In this document: one piece after another, positions 27,254 through 36,610 of the stretch
Numbering within the stretch: position 1 is the first letter of the stretch
Layout of the letters: every line of letters begins with the position of its first letter
From: a virus
Strand: one strand, 5' to 3'
Length of the DNA: 64,000 nt
IMG/VR virus record: IMGVR_UViG_3300031466_000110
Program-made: the position numbers and the translations under genes
The notes under the pieces: generated by a model
Seen by the model: the letters and a program-made list of their open reading frames with translations, nothing else
Database searches by the model: none
Told to the model about the DNA's origin: nothing

Positions 27254-28108
27254 CTACACGCTCCTTCCCATCGTATAGTACCCAATCGCATTGGCAAAGA
27301 GGTTAGGATCGATGATTTGACCAGTAGTCGAAACACGTTTTCCTGCATCAAACAGGTGAGCATTCGGGAAATACCTTTTCAACTCCGCCGTAAGAGCGAC
27401 AGCATTACCCCCAAGCACCCCTATTTGATCGTGGGAGTACCAACGCTTACCGACCTCACCCACAATCGCCGCCGTCAACTCACGCAAATTCGTCGATTTA
27501 TTGGTGTCGAAACCAAAGTCGAGCGTGCCCGATTCCTTATCAACATAACGGCGATCCCGCATGGTGATGTAGTTGATGGTACGACTGCCCGCATCGATAA
27601 GGCGATAGGTTCCGTCTTTAGGGGATACCCAAAATGCGCCACCACCCTCGACCGTAACCCGAACGCGAGTAACATGCACTCGCTTAAGTACCCCGTCAAC
27701 CGTGAGTGTACAAGACCGCTGAAGCAGATCAATCAGCCGCTGTTTCGTGACTGGATCATGATCCCGCACCGGAACTCCCGTGATGACATCGAAATACCCC
27801 TCCGTCTGTTCCTCCGGGATGTACTGCGAAAGTGCAGTCATCGCCAAGCGATACGTATCCGGGGTAGCTTTTTCCCGCAAGAGCATTTGGCGGGCAAACT
27901 CACTTTCATCCCGAGCCAAAGTGCCGATGAAACAATGCTCCGGTTCAGCATGATCATGAAAAGTCACTCGAAAACCTTGGTCGTCCTGATGATAATCCAG
28001 CTTCAGTTCCCGAGCCTCTCCGACGATAGAAGGAAAAGTCAAATACTTGCGACCATCAAAAACCTTGACATTACTACGCCCAACGTCCAACCCAATTTTG
28101 ATAGTCAT
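27254..28108 (-). CDS. parM: ParM/StbA actin-like ATPase
   Basis: IGLDVGRSNVK (phosphate 1), VEGGGA (connect 1), LIDAGSRT (phosphate 2), VLGGNA (adenosine), FANAIG (connect 2). Confidence 0.88.
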   Translation of the reverse strand: MTIKIGLDVGRSNVKVFDGRKYLTFPSIVGEARELKLDYHQDDQGFRVTFHDHAEPEHCFIGTLARDESEFARQMLLREKATPDTYRLAMTALSQYIPEEQTEGYFDVITGVPVRDHDPVTKQRLIDLLQRSCTLTVDGVLKRVHVTRVRVTVEGGGAFWVSPKDGTYRLIDAGSRTINYITMRDRRYVDKESGTLDFGFDTNKSTNLRELTAAIVGEVGKRWYSHDQIGVLGGNAVALTAELKRYFPNAHLFDAGKRVSTTGQIIDPNLFANAIGYYTMGRSV

Positions 28109-28272
28109 GTTGTCACCTCCAAGAAGTTATAAGATAAAGGCTAAAGCTTCTAGGGAAGCTTCACACCTCCTCCCGGACAACGTGTTAAGTTCAAACGTAC
28201 TAGATATTACGATGGGTAATAACCAAATATGCTTGGGCAGGTATTAAGGACGAGTAAAAATTTAGTAGCTCA

Positions 28273-28360
28273 TGTCCAAACAAAGAAGATCGTGTCCAAA
28301 TAAAAGAGGGGGATGTCCGAAAAAGGACAAGAAGCGACAAGAGAATAAATGTGCGGACAA
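28273..28360. repeat. Phased TGTCC/GGACA repeats upstream of parM (candidate centromere/operator)
   Basis: TGTCC at 28273, 28293 and 28314; GGACA at 28325 and 28355 plus CGACA at 28335; central TGTCC-N6-GGACA palindrome. Confidence 0.5.
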
Positions 28361-28393
28361 ATAAAGGATTGAAAAAGAAAGAAGGGAGGAAAC

Positions 28394-28416
28394 AAAAAAG
28401 CCCCGGAAAAGGGCTT
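28394..28416 (-). terminator. Intrinsic terminator
   Basis: AAGCCC-7nt-GGGCTT plus T tract. Confidence 0.55.
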
Positions 28417-28530
28417 CTTATATAGGAGAAGACGAGTTCATGGCGAAGAAGCAAAGTCAAAGTTGCAGAACACGCCTTAAAGAGAAAGGACAAGAAACCG
28501 AAGAATGAGAGCGCTTAAAAAGCGGACAAC

Positions 28531-28914
28531 TTACAACATCGAGACGTCCTGCCGCTGAAAATGCCGCAAGAAGCGCTGGACAAATTTGCGCTGACGGTAT
28601 TCCGCCACAAGCTGACGGCGACGCTCTTTGAGTTCTTCTAAGCGTGTATGAATGCGCATCACTTCCGCCCGATACGACTCAGTAAGCGCGTCATAATGAT
28701 TCAGATGAGCGCAGAGCAAATCCACATTGGAGTCGAACTCCTCAAACGTTCGAACGTATTGAGTACGTGCCTCCTTCAACTGCTGTTCAGCCCGTTGAAG
28801 TTCTGTCGTGAGACGGAAAATTACCCCCTGCAACTGACGTTCGGTCATATGACTGTAATCCAAGGTCAACAACATGTTGAGATCGGACTCTTCTCTAGTC
28901 ACTGTCTTCGCCAC
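28531..28914 (-). CDS. Coiled-coil hypothetical protein
   Basis: 127 aa, RBS GAGGAGGG, has its own promoter. Confidence 0.7.
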   Translation of the reverse strand: MAKTVTREESDLNMLLTLDYSHMTERQLQGVIFRLTTELQRAEQQLKEARTQYVRTFEEFDSNVDLLCAHLNHYDALTESYRAEVMRIHTRLEELKERRRQLVAEYRQRKFVQRFLRHFQRQDVSML

Positions 28915-28960
28915 TTTAATCCCTCCTCAAAATAACTAGTCAATCCGAAAGAACCTAGTT

Positions 28961-28989
28961 ATTATAAAGGGAATCCATTTTTAAGTCAA
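28961..28989 (-). promoter_or_regulatory. Sigma-A type promoter
   Basis: TTGACT-17 bp-TATAAT. Confidence 0.85.
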
Positions 28990-29022
28990 AAAAGTAGGAC
29001 ACATTCCGAAAAATGTGTCCTA
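28988..29022 (-). terminator. Intrinsic terminator
   Basis: Perfect 11-bp stem TAGGACACATT/AATGTGTCCTA plus T6. Confidence 0.85.
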
Positions 29023-29080
29023 AAAATATATGAACAGCGAAGGAGAAAGAACCGGACGTAAATGGTGCAAAACCAAAGGA

Positions 29081-29806
29081 TTACTTACGACGCAGATGCA
29101 CCGTGACGAATACCCCGGTGTCCGTCTCCGAAATCGAAAGCCCGCGATAGACCGCTTGCACACCTTTGCTATTGGTCATAGCGGCAAAAACCGGAGCGAA
29201 AACACGCTGATTGTCTTCCGTGACGGCATAAACCTCGGAAACAAGGTTTTGTTGCTTACTGAGCTTATCGATGATGTCGAGAGCTTCAAACAACGTCAAC
29301 TTGTAAGCCGGATACTCTACCCCATTGAGACGGATGGAGTTGGTCTCGTTGATCGAGTATACCCCAAGCTGAAGTTCGTATATGCCGTTCTTCTTGGTCA
29401 CTTGCTCCTTGCCGTCCAGCACGTTTTGAATGAACTTGATGAAGCGCTCCGTTTCCGCCTGACGACGCTTGATCGCCTTTTGAGCGAAATCCTGCGTAAT
29501 GGCTCCCGGAAGAAGCGCATTGACCGCGTTGGCGAGGAAGTTCTCGTTGGCGTGAATCAAAGCGCCATTCGACACCTTGAACAACCGAACGTTTTGATGC
29601 TCCTTGCGAAACTCCTCAATGCACTCGCGGAAATTCTCCTTCGTGCTACGAAGGAACCCCCATGCGCCGCCATAATGGAACGCTGACGAACAGAGCATGA
29701 TCGCCAACTTCGCACCTTCCGACAGCTTGTCTTCCCGACTGGAAACGATTCTCTCAAGTTGCTTTTCCCGCATTTCGCGTTGCTCGCGTTCTTTATCCTT
29801 GGACAT
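29081..29806 (-). CDS. Hypothetical protein
   Basis: ATG 29806 after AGGAGAGGTG (ORF track starts at 29851). Confidence 0.7.
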   Translation of the reverse strand: MSKDKEREQREMREKQLERIVSSREDKLSEGAKLAIMLCSSAFHYGGAWGFLRSTKENFRECIEEFRKEHQNVRLFKVSNGALIHANENFLANAVNALLPGAITQDFAQKAIKRRQAETERFIKFIQNVLDGKEQVTKKNGIYELQLGVYSINETNSIRLNGVEYPAYKLTLFEALDIIDKLSKQQNLVSEVYAVTEDNQRVFAPVFAAMTNSKGVQAVYRGLSISETDTGVFVTVHLRRK

Positions 29807-29893
29807 TGTACTGCACCTCTCCTGATTGGATTTGCTTAATATAAATGCCACTCCTCAGAAAGAAGCGTGACATTGATATTACAAAAGGAAAAA

Positions 29894-31039
29894 TTACCCC
29901 TGTGAGTCGCTATTGTCACTGGACACGGAATCAGACTCAGCATCCGAATTTACCCCTGCGTCCGCGTTCGAGGATTGACCTTCTTCTGTGGAAGGCGTTT
30001 CTTGAGGAACTACCACATTGGGCTTAGGAGCCTTAATCGTGTAGCCGTTAAGTACAAATTCCAACGTACTATCAAGATTGTAGAAATGGTTTGCATACTC
30101 CGCCGTGGTCAAAGTGCTGAGCAACTTCTTCGTTGCAGTAAGACTTCCCGTACCTGTAGCGTAAAGTGCTTTCGGCTTGGTGTGATCGATCAACCCAGAA
30201 GGAATTTCGTACTCAGGACGACGATAGCTGAGATACAAAGCATCGATGTAAGTCGGCAGAAGATCAAGTCGATCCTCATCGATCCTCATAAGATCGCCCG
30301 TGAAGACAATTTTAGACGCACCATGATAATACGTCAACATGAGCGATCCTTTCTCATGTGTTTGATGGACTTCGAGTACCCCCTGATCCAAGGGGTAGCG
30401 CCCATGCTTGGAGCCGACCGTATACAACAGTCGCTTCTGGTCAAAGTACCGTAAGAGCGGCTTACCTTCCTCTTCGGTGACCACACTTTCCGCCACCACA
30501 ATAAAATCTACAGGGATACTATCCAGAATCTTTTCCGCCCCACCAAGAGCAAACGTATTGTAATTAGTAATGATGAGGTAACGAAGTGATTTGACCTGAT
30601 TCTCTTTCAACACCGAGAGAATTTTGTCCGTATCCCGACCTGTGGAGGTGTCAACCAACACCCAATAAATTCCGTCTTGAATCAGGTAAGACGCACCTTC
30701 CGTATTAAGCGAAATGATTCTAGCTGTCACCGGATAATCGGCATAAGGGTCATGCTCCTCTTCAACGGGCTGTTGCTCAGGATTATTAAAGAAGTCCAAG
30801 TCACCTTCCTCCGTGATAATTGACTGATACTGCCCAGTCGAAGGATCAAAATTAGACTGACTCGGCTTCGTAGCGATATCCGAAACGGCAGATGACGTAT
30901 TCCCGAAAAGTTGAGACATCGTTGCCGAAATACCAGAACGAAAGTCCGGTACCAAGATATACACTCCTACAAAGACCAAGATCAGTAGGAGTACCCCTAG
31001 TGAAATGAGAATTCTACTGTCCTTTAACGAGAACTTCAA
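29894..31039 (-). CDS. Membrane-anchored ComEC/Rec2-type metallo-beta-lactamase-fold protein, metal ligands lost
   Basis: VLVDT...LRYLIITNYNTFALGG (HxHxDH replaced), FTGD; N-terminal TM; TTG 31039 after GGAGGTG. Confidence 0.65.
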   Translation of the reverse strand: MKFSLKDSRILISLGVLLLILVFVGVYILVPDFRSGISATMSQLFGNTSSAVSDIATKPSQSNFDPSTGQYQSIITEEGDLDFFNNPEQQPVEEEHDPYADYPVTARIISLNTEGASYLIQDGIYWVLVDTSTGRDTDKILSVLKENQVKSLRYLIITNYNTFALGGAEKILDSIPVDFIVVAESVVTEEEGKPLLRYFDQKRLLYTVGSKHGRYPLDQGVLEVHQTHEKGSLMLTYYHGASKIVFTGDLMRIDEDRLDLLPTYIDALYLSYRRPEYEIPSGLIDHTKPKALYATGTGSLTATKKLLSTLTTAEYANHFYNLDSTLEFVLNGYTIKAPKPNVVVPQETPSTEEGQSSNADAGVNSDAESDSVSSDNSDSQG

Positions 31040-31151
31040 GTATAACACCTCCGAAAATAAATCAACTGAACCAACGTATTCCACACTCCGAACAGGACAT
31101 AAAGTAATCCTATTTTCCCGCCTAAATTGACCAAGAGCGGACAGATTTCGC

Positions 31152-31181
31152 AAAGAAAAGACAACTCAAAAATGAGTTGTC
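31152..31181 (-). terminator. Intrinsic terminator after dnaB
   Basis: GACAACTCA-4nt-TGAGTTGTC plus T-rich tract. Confidence 0.75.
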
Positions 31182-31211
31182 CTCCCAAAAGAAAAACGCT
31201 AAGTGTATTTC

Positions 31212-33326
31212 TTACTCGTCTTCGTCATAGTTGTCATCCCCGTCTTCGAAAACCTCGTATTCCCCATCGTCCCCATACATTTCGGGATCGTAATCGTCCT
31301 CTGGGAAGTCACCGCCAAGATCACTTTCAGTCGCTTCCCCACCCAACTCAGAAACAGGTACCCCATCATTCGGAGAGATTGGTGCCGCTACCGGGGCGGG
31401 AACGCCCGGAGCATTTACCCCAACAGGTGCCGTTGCGGGGATCGACGCAAGCGGATTGACCGCTACCGAAGGTGCTACACCTCCAAGCGAAGCAGGAACC
31501 GCACTGACTACCGCAGGAGCCGCAGGTTGGGCGGGTTCCACTTGCTTCGGCAGAAGCCCATCAAGCGTAAGCAGAGCGTCATCCTTCTGAATGCTACGGA
31601 ACGTGCAAGTTCCCGCCTCGACATGCAAGTCAATCGGATGGAACGGAGCGATGTTCCGAGAAGGAATGGAGAGCAGTTTCATACTACCCCGACGAATATC
31701 GGAAACCGTACCGTACAAAGCAAGGTTAACGTCCGGCGTTTTGATGACCTCGTAAGACTCACCAGCGGAGTCACGCATTTCCATTTCCGCCAACTCATCC
31801 ACCGATTTTCCGCCCAAGTTTGAAACCACCGTTTGCTTAAGCTGACCGGGGAAAATACCAGCGATACTCTTTTGCTTCAAAAACTGAAGCATTTGAATGT
31901 ACGCCGCCGCGATGCGCTCATTCTTTTGAATGTTGGTGGACGACTGAATCAACTGCAAATAGTCCACCGCGATGAGCTTTGCACCGACAGTTTCAATCGC
32001 CAGTTGAATAGTGTCGAGAAAACTCTCCAACAAGAAGTTTTCATCAATGACCACGAAACGACCATAGTTCTTATTAGTTTTGAGATCGTTCCACGAAGCG
32101 AGTTCCTTCTTCTCCAGCTCCCCAGAAAGATCACCTTTACGAATCATGTCGGAGTCGAGATAAATCTTCTTATGGGCAGTTTCCACGTTTCGGTTATACA
32201 ACCAGTTGAAGTGCCTTGCACGAAGTAACGCTTCGAAGTTTTTCGGTCCGTTTTCAACTGGCCATACGGCTACGTCAACGCCATTAACAATAGCGTGATG
32301 AATGATACTCGTAACAAAACGAGTTTTACATCCTTTCGCCGGAGCCAAAATCGACACCATATCGCCTTCGTAAATACCCCCAACATACTGATCGAGAAGT
32401 TGGATACCAAAAGTCGAGACGAGCTTGACTTTCCCGGAATTGTCCTCACTCTCATCATTAGCTCCGTAAGTAATGATACCGCGACGCGTACTCTTAGCAT
32501 TGATATTGTCAAGATACGAAAATCGCTGATTCAGCATACGACGCATGTCTTCATACCCCGCCGAAACTCTGCGTCCCCGACTTACCCCTTCAGAAATAAT
32601 CGTGACGGCTTCTTCGAGGACTTGAATACTCTCGCGAGAGAGGTACTCCATTTTATACATCTCGAGCGCCATTTCAAAGTCCGACTCGGAGATGCGAAGA
32701 CCTTTAAGCTCGCGAAGGGTATTGATCACGACCGCCGTAAACTCCGCATAGGGATCACTGTCCCCCATTCGATAGGCAGAGTAATCAATCTGCTTATGAT
32801 TCCGAAGTTTGGCTTGATTGGTACGCATGAACAACTCCAAAAAGCGCTCCGTTGGAATGATTTTCGGATACTCCTTCAGCAGAATCGCAAAAACCGCCCA
32901 CTCGTTCGTGAACATATCCCGCGTGTTAGGAAACATGGTGTTGAATTTAGCACGACGGGAACGGAACAGTTCATGATCGTCGCAGTAAACCCCAGCAAAA
33001 ATGATCTGCTCATTGGACAGATTGTCCGTAAGCGAATAAGCCGCAAAAGACGGCGTTCCCGAAGCGGGCGCGGCAGGAGCGCCGGGAACGCCCGGAGCCG
33101 GAGCGAAACCGGAAGGAGCCGACTGAAGGGGCTGTCCGGGCATTTGCGCCGCCTGAACGGGCGCAGAAACCGCAGGATCGCCTTGAACCACTCCCGGAGC
33201 CGGAGCGACCGGAGAAGCGCCTTGCGCGGGCTGAAGTGGATTAGGTACACCTTGCGATGAAGAAGGTGTCATATGAGGAATCCCGTGAGAGGAACCATCG
33301 ATAAAGAAAGATGCTTGATCAGACAT
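31212..33326 (-). CDS. dnaB: DnaB-like replicative helicase with Pro/Ala-rich termini and acidic tail
   Basis: EGDMVSILAPAKGCKT (Walker A variant), VWPVEN, IAVDYLQL; no intein. Confidence 0.8.
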   Translation of the reverse strand: MSDQASFFIDGSSHGIPHMTPSSSQGVPNPLQPAQGASPVAPAPGVVQGDPAVSAPVQAAQMPGQPLQSAPSGFAPAPGVPGAPAAPASGTPSFAAYSLTDNLSNEQIIFAGVYCDDHELFRSRRAKFNTMFPNTRDMFTNEWAVFAILLKEYPKIIPTERFLELFMRTNQAKLRNHKQIDYSAYRMGDSDPYAEFTAVVINTLRELKGLRISESDFEMALEMYKMEYLSRESIQVLEEAVTIISEGVSRGRRVSAGYEDMRRMLNQRFSYLDNINAKSTRRGIITYGANDESEDNSGKVKLVSTFGIQLLDQYVGGIYEGDMVSILAPAKGCKTRFVTSIIHHAIVNGVDVAVWPVENGPKNFEALLRARHFNWLYNRNVETAHKKIYLDSDMIRKGDLSGELEKKELASWNDLKTNKNYGRFVVIDENFLLESFLDTIQLAIETVGAKLIAVDYLQLIQSSTNIQKNERIAAAYIQMLQFLKQKSIAGIFPGQLKQTVVSNLGGKSVDELAEMEMRDSAGESYEVIKTPDVNLALYGTVSDIRRGSMKLLSIPSRNIAPFHPIDLHVEAGTCTFRSIQKDDALLTLDGLLPKQVEPAQPAAPAVVSAVPASLGGVAPSVAVNPLASIPATAPVGVNAPGVPAPVAAPISPNDGVPVSELGGEATESDLGGDFPEDDYDPEMYGDDGEYEVFEDGDDNYDEDE

Positions 33327-33360
33327 TCAGCTACCCCCAACAATAGAAGTGAAAGCTACC

Positions 33361-33389
33361 AGTATGCCAAACGTCCGATCAACAGTCAA
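33361..33389 (-). promoter_or_regulatory. Sigma-A type promoter for dnaB
   Basis: TTGACT-17 bp-CATACT with TGn extension. Confidence 0.65.
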
Positions 33390-33399
33390 AAGAGGAAAG

Positions 33400-33427
33400 A
33401 AAAAAGCCCCGAAGGATTCCGGGGCTT
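33400..33427 (-). terminator. Intrinsic terminator
   Basis: AAGCCCCG-8nt-CGGGGCTT plus T tract. Confidence 0.8.
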
Positions 33428-34229
33428 AAGAGGAACTCAACTCCAGATTCGGTAGTACGAATTTTGCACGATCCACACGGCTGTCCGCCGACAAGTTGTA
33501 CAGGAAGATGAAGCAGTCTCCGTAGATAAAACGCGACAAGTCCACCAAGGCATTGATAACGTTGTCAGAGTAATAACGACCGTTAACAAAGAAGACCCCC
33601 TGATGCAGTCCTTTACTCAAAATCCGATAGATAAGACGCACCAAGACGTACACTTCATCCGAAGGAATGTCTTCCACTTGAATCTGCTTCTTCCGACGAC
33701 GGTCAATGACCGTCAACTTGTCGTTCGTGTACACCAAAGAGCAAGAGCCAATGTGCTTAGTGACAGCGGCGATAGCGCCCGTCAGATGCTCCTTCTCCAT
33801 CGCGGCGGCTTTGCTCTTCTGGTTCAAGAGCGAGTTGAGCCATACAGGTTGTGTATCAATACGACCACTTTTCGTGGAATACACCACATCGGCAACGTAC
33901 ATGTCCTCATCCAACTTAGCGTCACCAAGCGAATAAACCACCACGAAAAACTTGTCGATCCGGGGTTCCCACTTGATTGAGAAGCCGTCACGTTCGATCT
34001 TACCGAACCAACTCTTCTCGACCGAAAGACGGAGCAAATTCCCTGTCACCATGTTGGTTACCCCTTGAAAGAGGTACTTCAGGGACTGGACATAAAACTG
34101 CAACGACCGAGCTTGCGACGGAAAATCCCCAACGTTCTCCACCGCCAACTCAATCGGCTTGGGTACAATAGAGTCGACCGATGCCTCGAAATCCCTTGGC
34201 GGTGTCCCATACCTCAAACTGATTTTCAT
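33426..34229 (-). CDS. Hypothetical protein, possibly a degenerate ABC/AAA-type fold
   Basis: ATG 34229 after GGGAGG; no intact Walker A; fold call is weak. Confidence 0.6.
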   Translation of the reverse strand: MKISLRYGTPPRDFEASVDSIVPKPIELAVENVGDFPSQARSLQFYVQSLKYLFQGVTNMVTGNLLRLSVEKSWFGKIERDGFSIKWEPRIDKFFVVVYSLGDAKLDEDMYVADVVYSTKSGRIDTQPVWLNSLLNQKSKAAAMEKEHLTGAIAAVTKHIGSCSLVYTNDKLTVIDRRRKKQIQVEDIPSDEVYVLVRLIYRILSKGLHQGVFFVNGRYYSDNVINALVDLSRFIYGDCFIFLYNLSADSRVDRAKFVLPNLELSSS

Positions 34230-34255
34230 ACCGGAACCTCCCAAAAAGCGGGGCA

Positions 34256-36415
34256 TTAAGCCCCGCTCAGTGTGTTGAGATACTCCGTATTGAAGGTGTC
34301 GTCCGCCGCCAGTGCCCCGAGCTTGTCGATATAACGCGCCGCGTTGCTGACCAACTTCAGCAGATCCACGCCGGAAACAGGCAACGCATAAGTGAGATCT
34401 TCTCCCGGCTTAAGATTGATCAGCTTGGTTCGAGCCGTGCGATGCTTGTGCTTGAACTCATTGGCAGTGAAGAAACCAAAACGTCCCTTCGACGTGACAA
34501 CGTACAAGTACTCGCTCGGAATCGGGAACTCAGCGATGATCTTATAGGCTTCAGGAGATACCCCATTCTGCGTCATCCGGGTGGTGCGCTTGCTATCCGC
34601 CCACTCGGACAGATCCAAGACGGACACGAAACCATCGGAGTATACATAACCTACTTTTTTGTCCGAGATGACATCGCACGCAACGATTTCAAAATCGTCG
34701 GGAATCTCCAAGAAGGACGGCAGATAAACGCCACGCCCATTTCCAGAGACCGGTTCGATGTCTTCGACCTTGACACGCAAGAGTCGACCGTGCGTGTCGA
34801 TCATCGAGATAACGTCCTTCGACGAGCAACGGATACCTTCGTAGTTCTTCGTGATGACGTCTACGTTGTAGCGTTTGAAGAACTTCCCATCCAGTTGCAC
34901 AATACAAGGCATCGCCGGAAGTTCAACCTTCGCCGGAGCTTCACGTTCAAAGGTGTAGTCGACGTCGGAAACCGTGGTTTTGCGTGGGAAGCTGTATTTC
35001 TGATTGTACTCGCGCAGTTGCTTAGCGATATACTGCGGAATGTGCTCAAGGTCATATTCCAGTTGCTTCCGCGCCGCATACAGTCGCTCCAGACGAGCGC
35101 CCTTGTTGCCTACCCCACCAAGTGAGGACAGCCGCATACCGAGAATCCAGTCGAAGATATCGTTGTCCGCGTCCGGGTAGAACTCCCGAAGCACCATGCG
35201 AGCTTCCTTCGTACCCTGCTTGGACAACGTCGCCATGAAACGCTCACGCTTATAATCGGTACCAAGCAAATCCACCAACAGTTCGTAGCGCGGGATCTCA
35301 AAATTGACCGCTTCAAGTTCCGCCGTAAGCTCCCGACGCACGACTTCCTTGCGGAATTCCAACCACTCGTGGATGTAGTCCTTGATACCCACCAACTTCG
35401 GACGGTCGCGAACAATGACCATCATATTCGCCGGAACGGTCATTTGCAGGTTGGTGTTCTTCAGAAGTTGCGGAAGCACTGTGGAAACCGCATTCTTGCT
35501 GGAACAAACCACCTCGATACCAACTCGACGCAAGTCCGTGATCTCCCGGTAGTCCGATACCCCCGGAATTTGGGCTTTGGCGATTTGGCTGAGGATTTCA
35601 TCGATGGTGGTGTAATACGGAATTTCGCTGAACCGAATAGTATTCCCATCAACAACCCATTTTGCCCGAAGCTTGAAGGAACCTTTCCCCTCATCGCGGA
35701 GCCGCTTCAGCGTGCTCTCCGAGATGACAATATCGGAACCCATCGTGTAGTCCGGTACCAAGAGCTTGGTGATGTTGCCCGTCTCGATATACTCCAACGT
35801 CGCCTCCAACACCTCATGGAAGTTGAAAGACGGAATGTTGGAAGCCATCCCGACCGCGATACCCGAGCTGGCGTTCAGCAGTCCAAGCGGAACCGCTATC
35901 GGAAGAAGCGAAGGCTCATAATCCTCACCGCTTTCAGTGAGAACCATGTCAATACCCCGCATGCCCTCGAAAGCCAGCTTCGCATTGTCATTGAGCGTAG
36001 CTTGAGTGTAACGCATATGGGCTGGTTTGCTCTTGGAATAAACCGAACCCAAGTCTCCCTTGCCGTCCAGCATCGGGAAGTTGAAGTACAAGGAGCTGGA
36101 CACCATCCGCGTCATGGAGAGATAGATACTCTCGTCACCGTGCGGGTGGAGGGAAATAATGTCACCGACAACCTTCGCGCTCTTGTGAAGCTCATTGTAC
36201 CAACCCTTCTTATGCATCGCATAGAGGATGCGGCGTTGGACAGGCTTCAAACCGTCCAGATTGATGATGGCGCGGTCGATAACAACCTCTTTAGCATACT
36301 CCGAGTACCAATGAATCAGGAACTGGAGTGCCTGCAAAGTGTCGGGATCGTTCCGCGACAACCACTCCAAATCCAGATCCGTAGTCGGACTGGAGTCATA
36401 CTGACGTTTCGCCAC
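34256..36415 (-). CDS. Type IIA topoisomerase subunit A (GyrA/ParC family)
   Basis: DGLKPVQRRILYAM, KSAKVVG, HPHGD, MRYT (catalytic Tyr), PTG-like VGMASNIPSFN; short divergent CTD. Confidence 0.92.
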   Translation of the reverse strand: MAKRQYDSSPTTDLDLEWLSRNDPDTLQALQFLIHWYSEYAKEVVIDRAIINLDGLKPVQRRILYAMHKKGWYNELHKSAKVVGDIISLHPHGDESIYLSMTRMVSSSLYFNFPMLDGKGDLGSVYSKSKPAHMRYTQATLNDNAKLAFEGMRGIDMVLTESGEDYEPSLLPIAVPLGLLNASSGIAVGMASNIPSFNFHEVLEATLEYIETGNITKLLVPDYTMGSDIVISESTLKRLRDEGKGSFKLRAKWVVDGNTIRFSEIPYYTTIDEILSQIAKAQIPGVSDYREITDLRRVGIEVVCSSKNAVSTVLPQLLKNTNLQMTVPANMMVIVRDRPKLVGIKDYIHEWLEFRKEVVRRELTAELEAVNFEIPRYELLVDLLGTDYKRERFMATLSKQGTKEARMVLREFYPDADNDIFDWILGMRLSSLGGVGNKGARLERLYAARKQLEYDLEHIPQYIAKQLREYNQKYSFPRKTTVSDVDYTFEREAPAKVELPAMPCIVQLDGKFFKRYNVDVITKNYEGIRCSSKDVISMIDTHGRLLRVKVEDIEPVSGNGRGVYLPSFLEIPDDFEIVACDVISDKKVGYVYSDGFVSVLDLSEWADSKRTTRMTQNGVSPEAYKIIAEFPIPSEYLYVVTSKGRFGFFTANEFKHKHRTARTKLINLKPGEDLTYALPVSGVDLLKLVSNAARYIDKLGALAADDTFNTEYLNTLSGA

Positions 36416-36506
36416 AGAAACAACCTCCTATAAGTAAAATTGATAAAACCATGTTAAGTATGAAACCACTGCAACACATACTGCGAAAATTTACCCCTGT
36501 TTGGGC

Positions 36507-36542
36507 AAAAAGTAAAGTAAGTGTAAAAATCTACACTTACTT
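36507..36542 (-). terminator. Terminator-like hairpin in the gyrA/parC leader
   Basis: 11-bp stem AAGTAAGTGTA/TACACTTACTT followed by TACTTTTT. Confidence 0.6.
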
Positions 36543-36564
36543 CACCATACGGAATTATGTTCCT

Positions 36565-36593
36565 ATTTTAATAAACCCCTCTGCAAGTGTCAA
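36565..36593 (-). promoter_or_regulatory. Sigma-A type promoter upstream of gyrA/parC
   Basis: TTGACA-17 bp-TAAAAT. Confidence 0.8.
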
Positions 36594-36610
36594 CCAACTC
36601 AGTCACAAAT

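Noticed and set aside
28150-28180. Strong RBS-like GGGAGGAGGTG upstream of parM
   Set aside because: Followed only by a 4-codon GTG minigene; no supportable CDS.
28200-28493. 97-aa Phe/Leu/Ser-rich minus-strand ORF
   Set aside because: Translation of a purine-rich regulatory region that contains a terminator and the iterons; no RBS.
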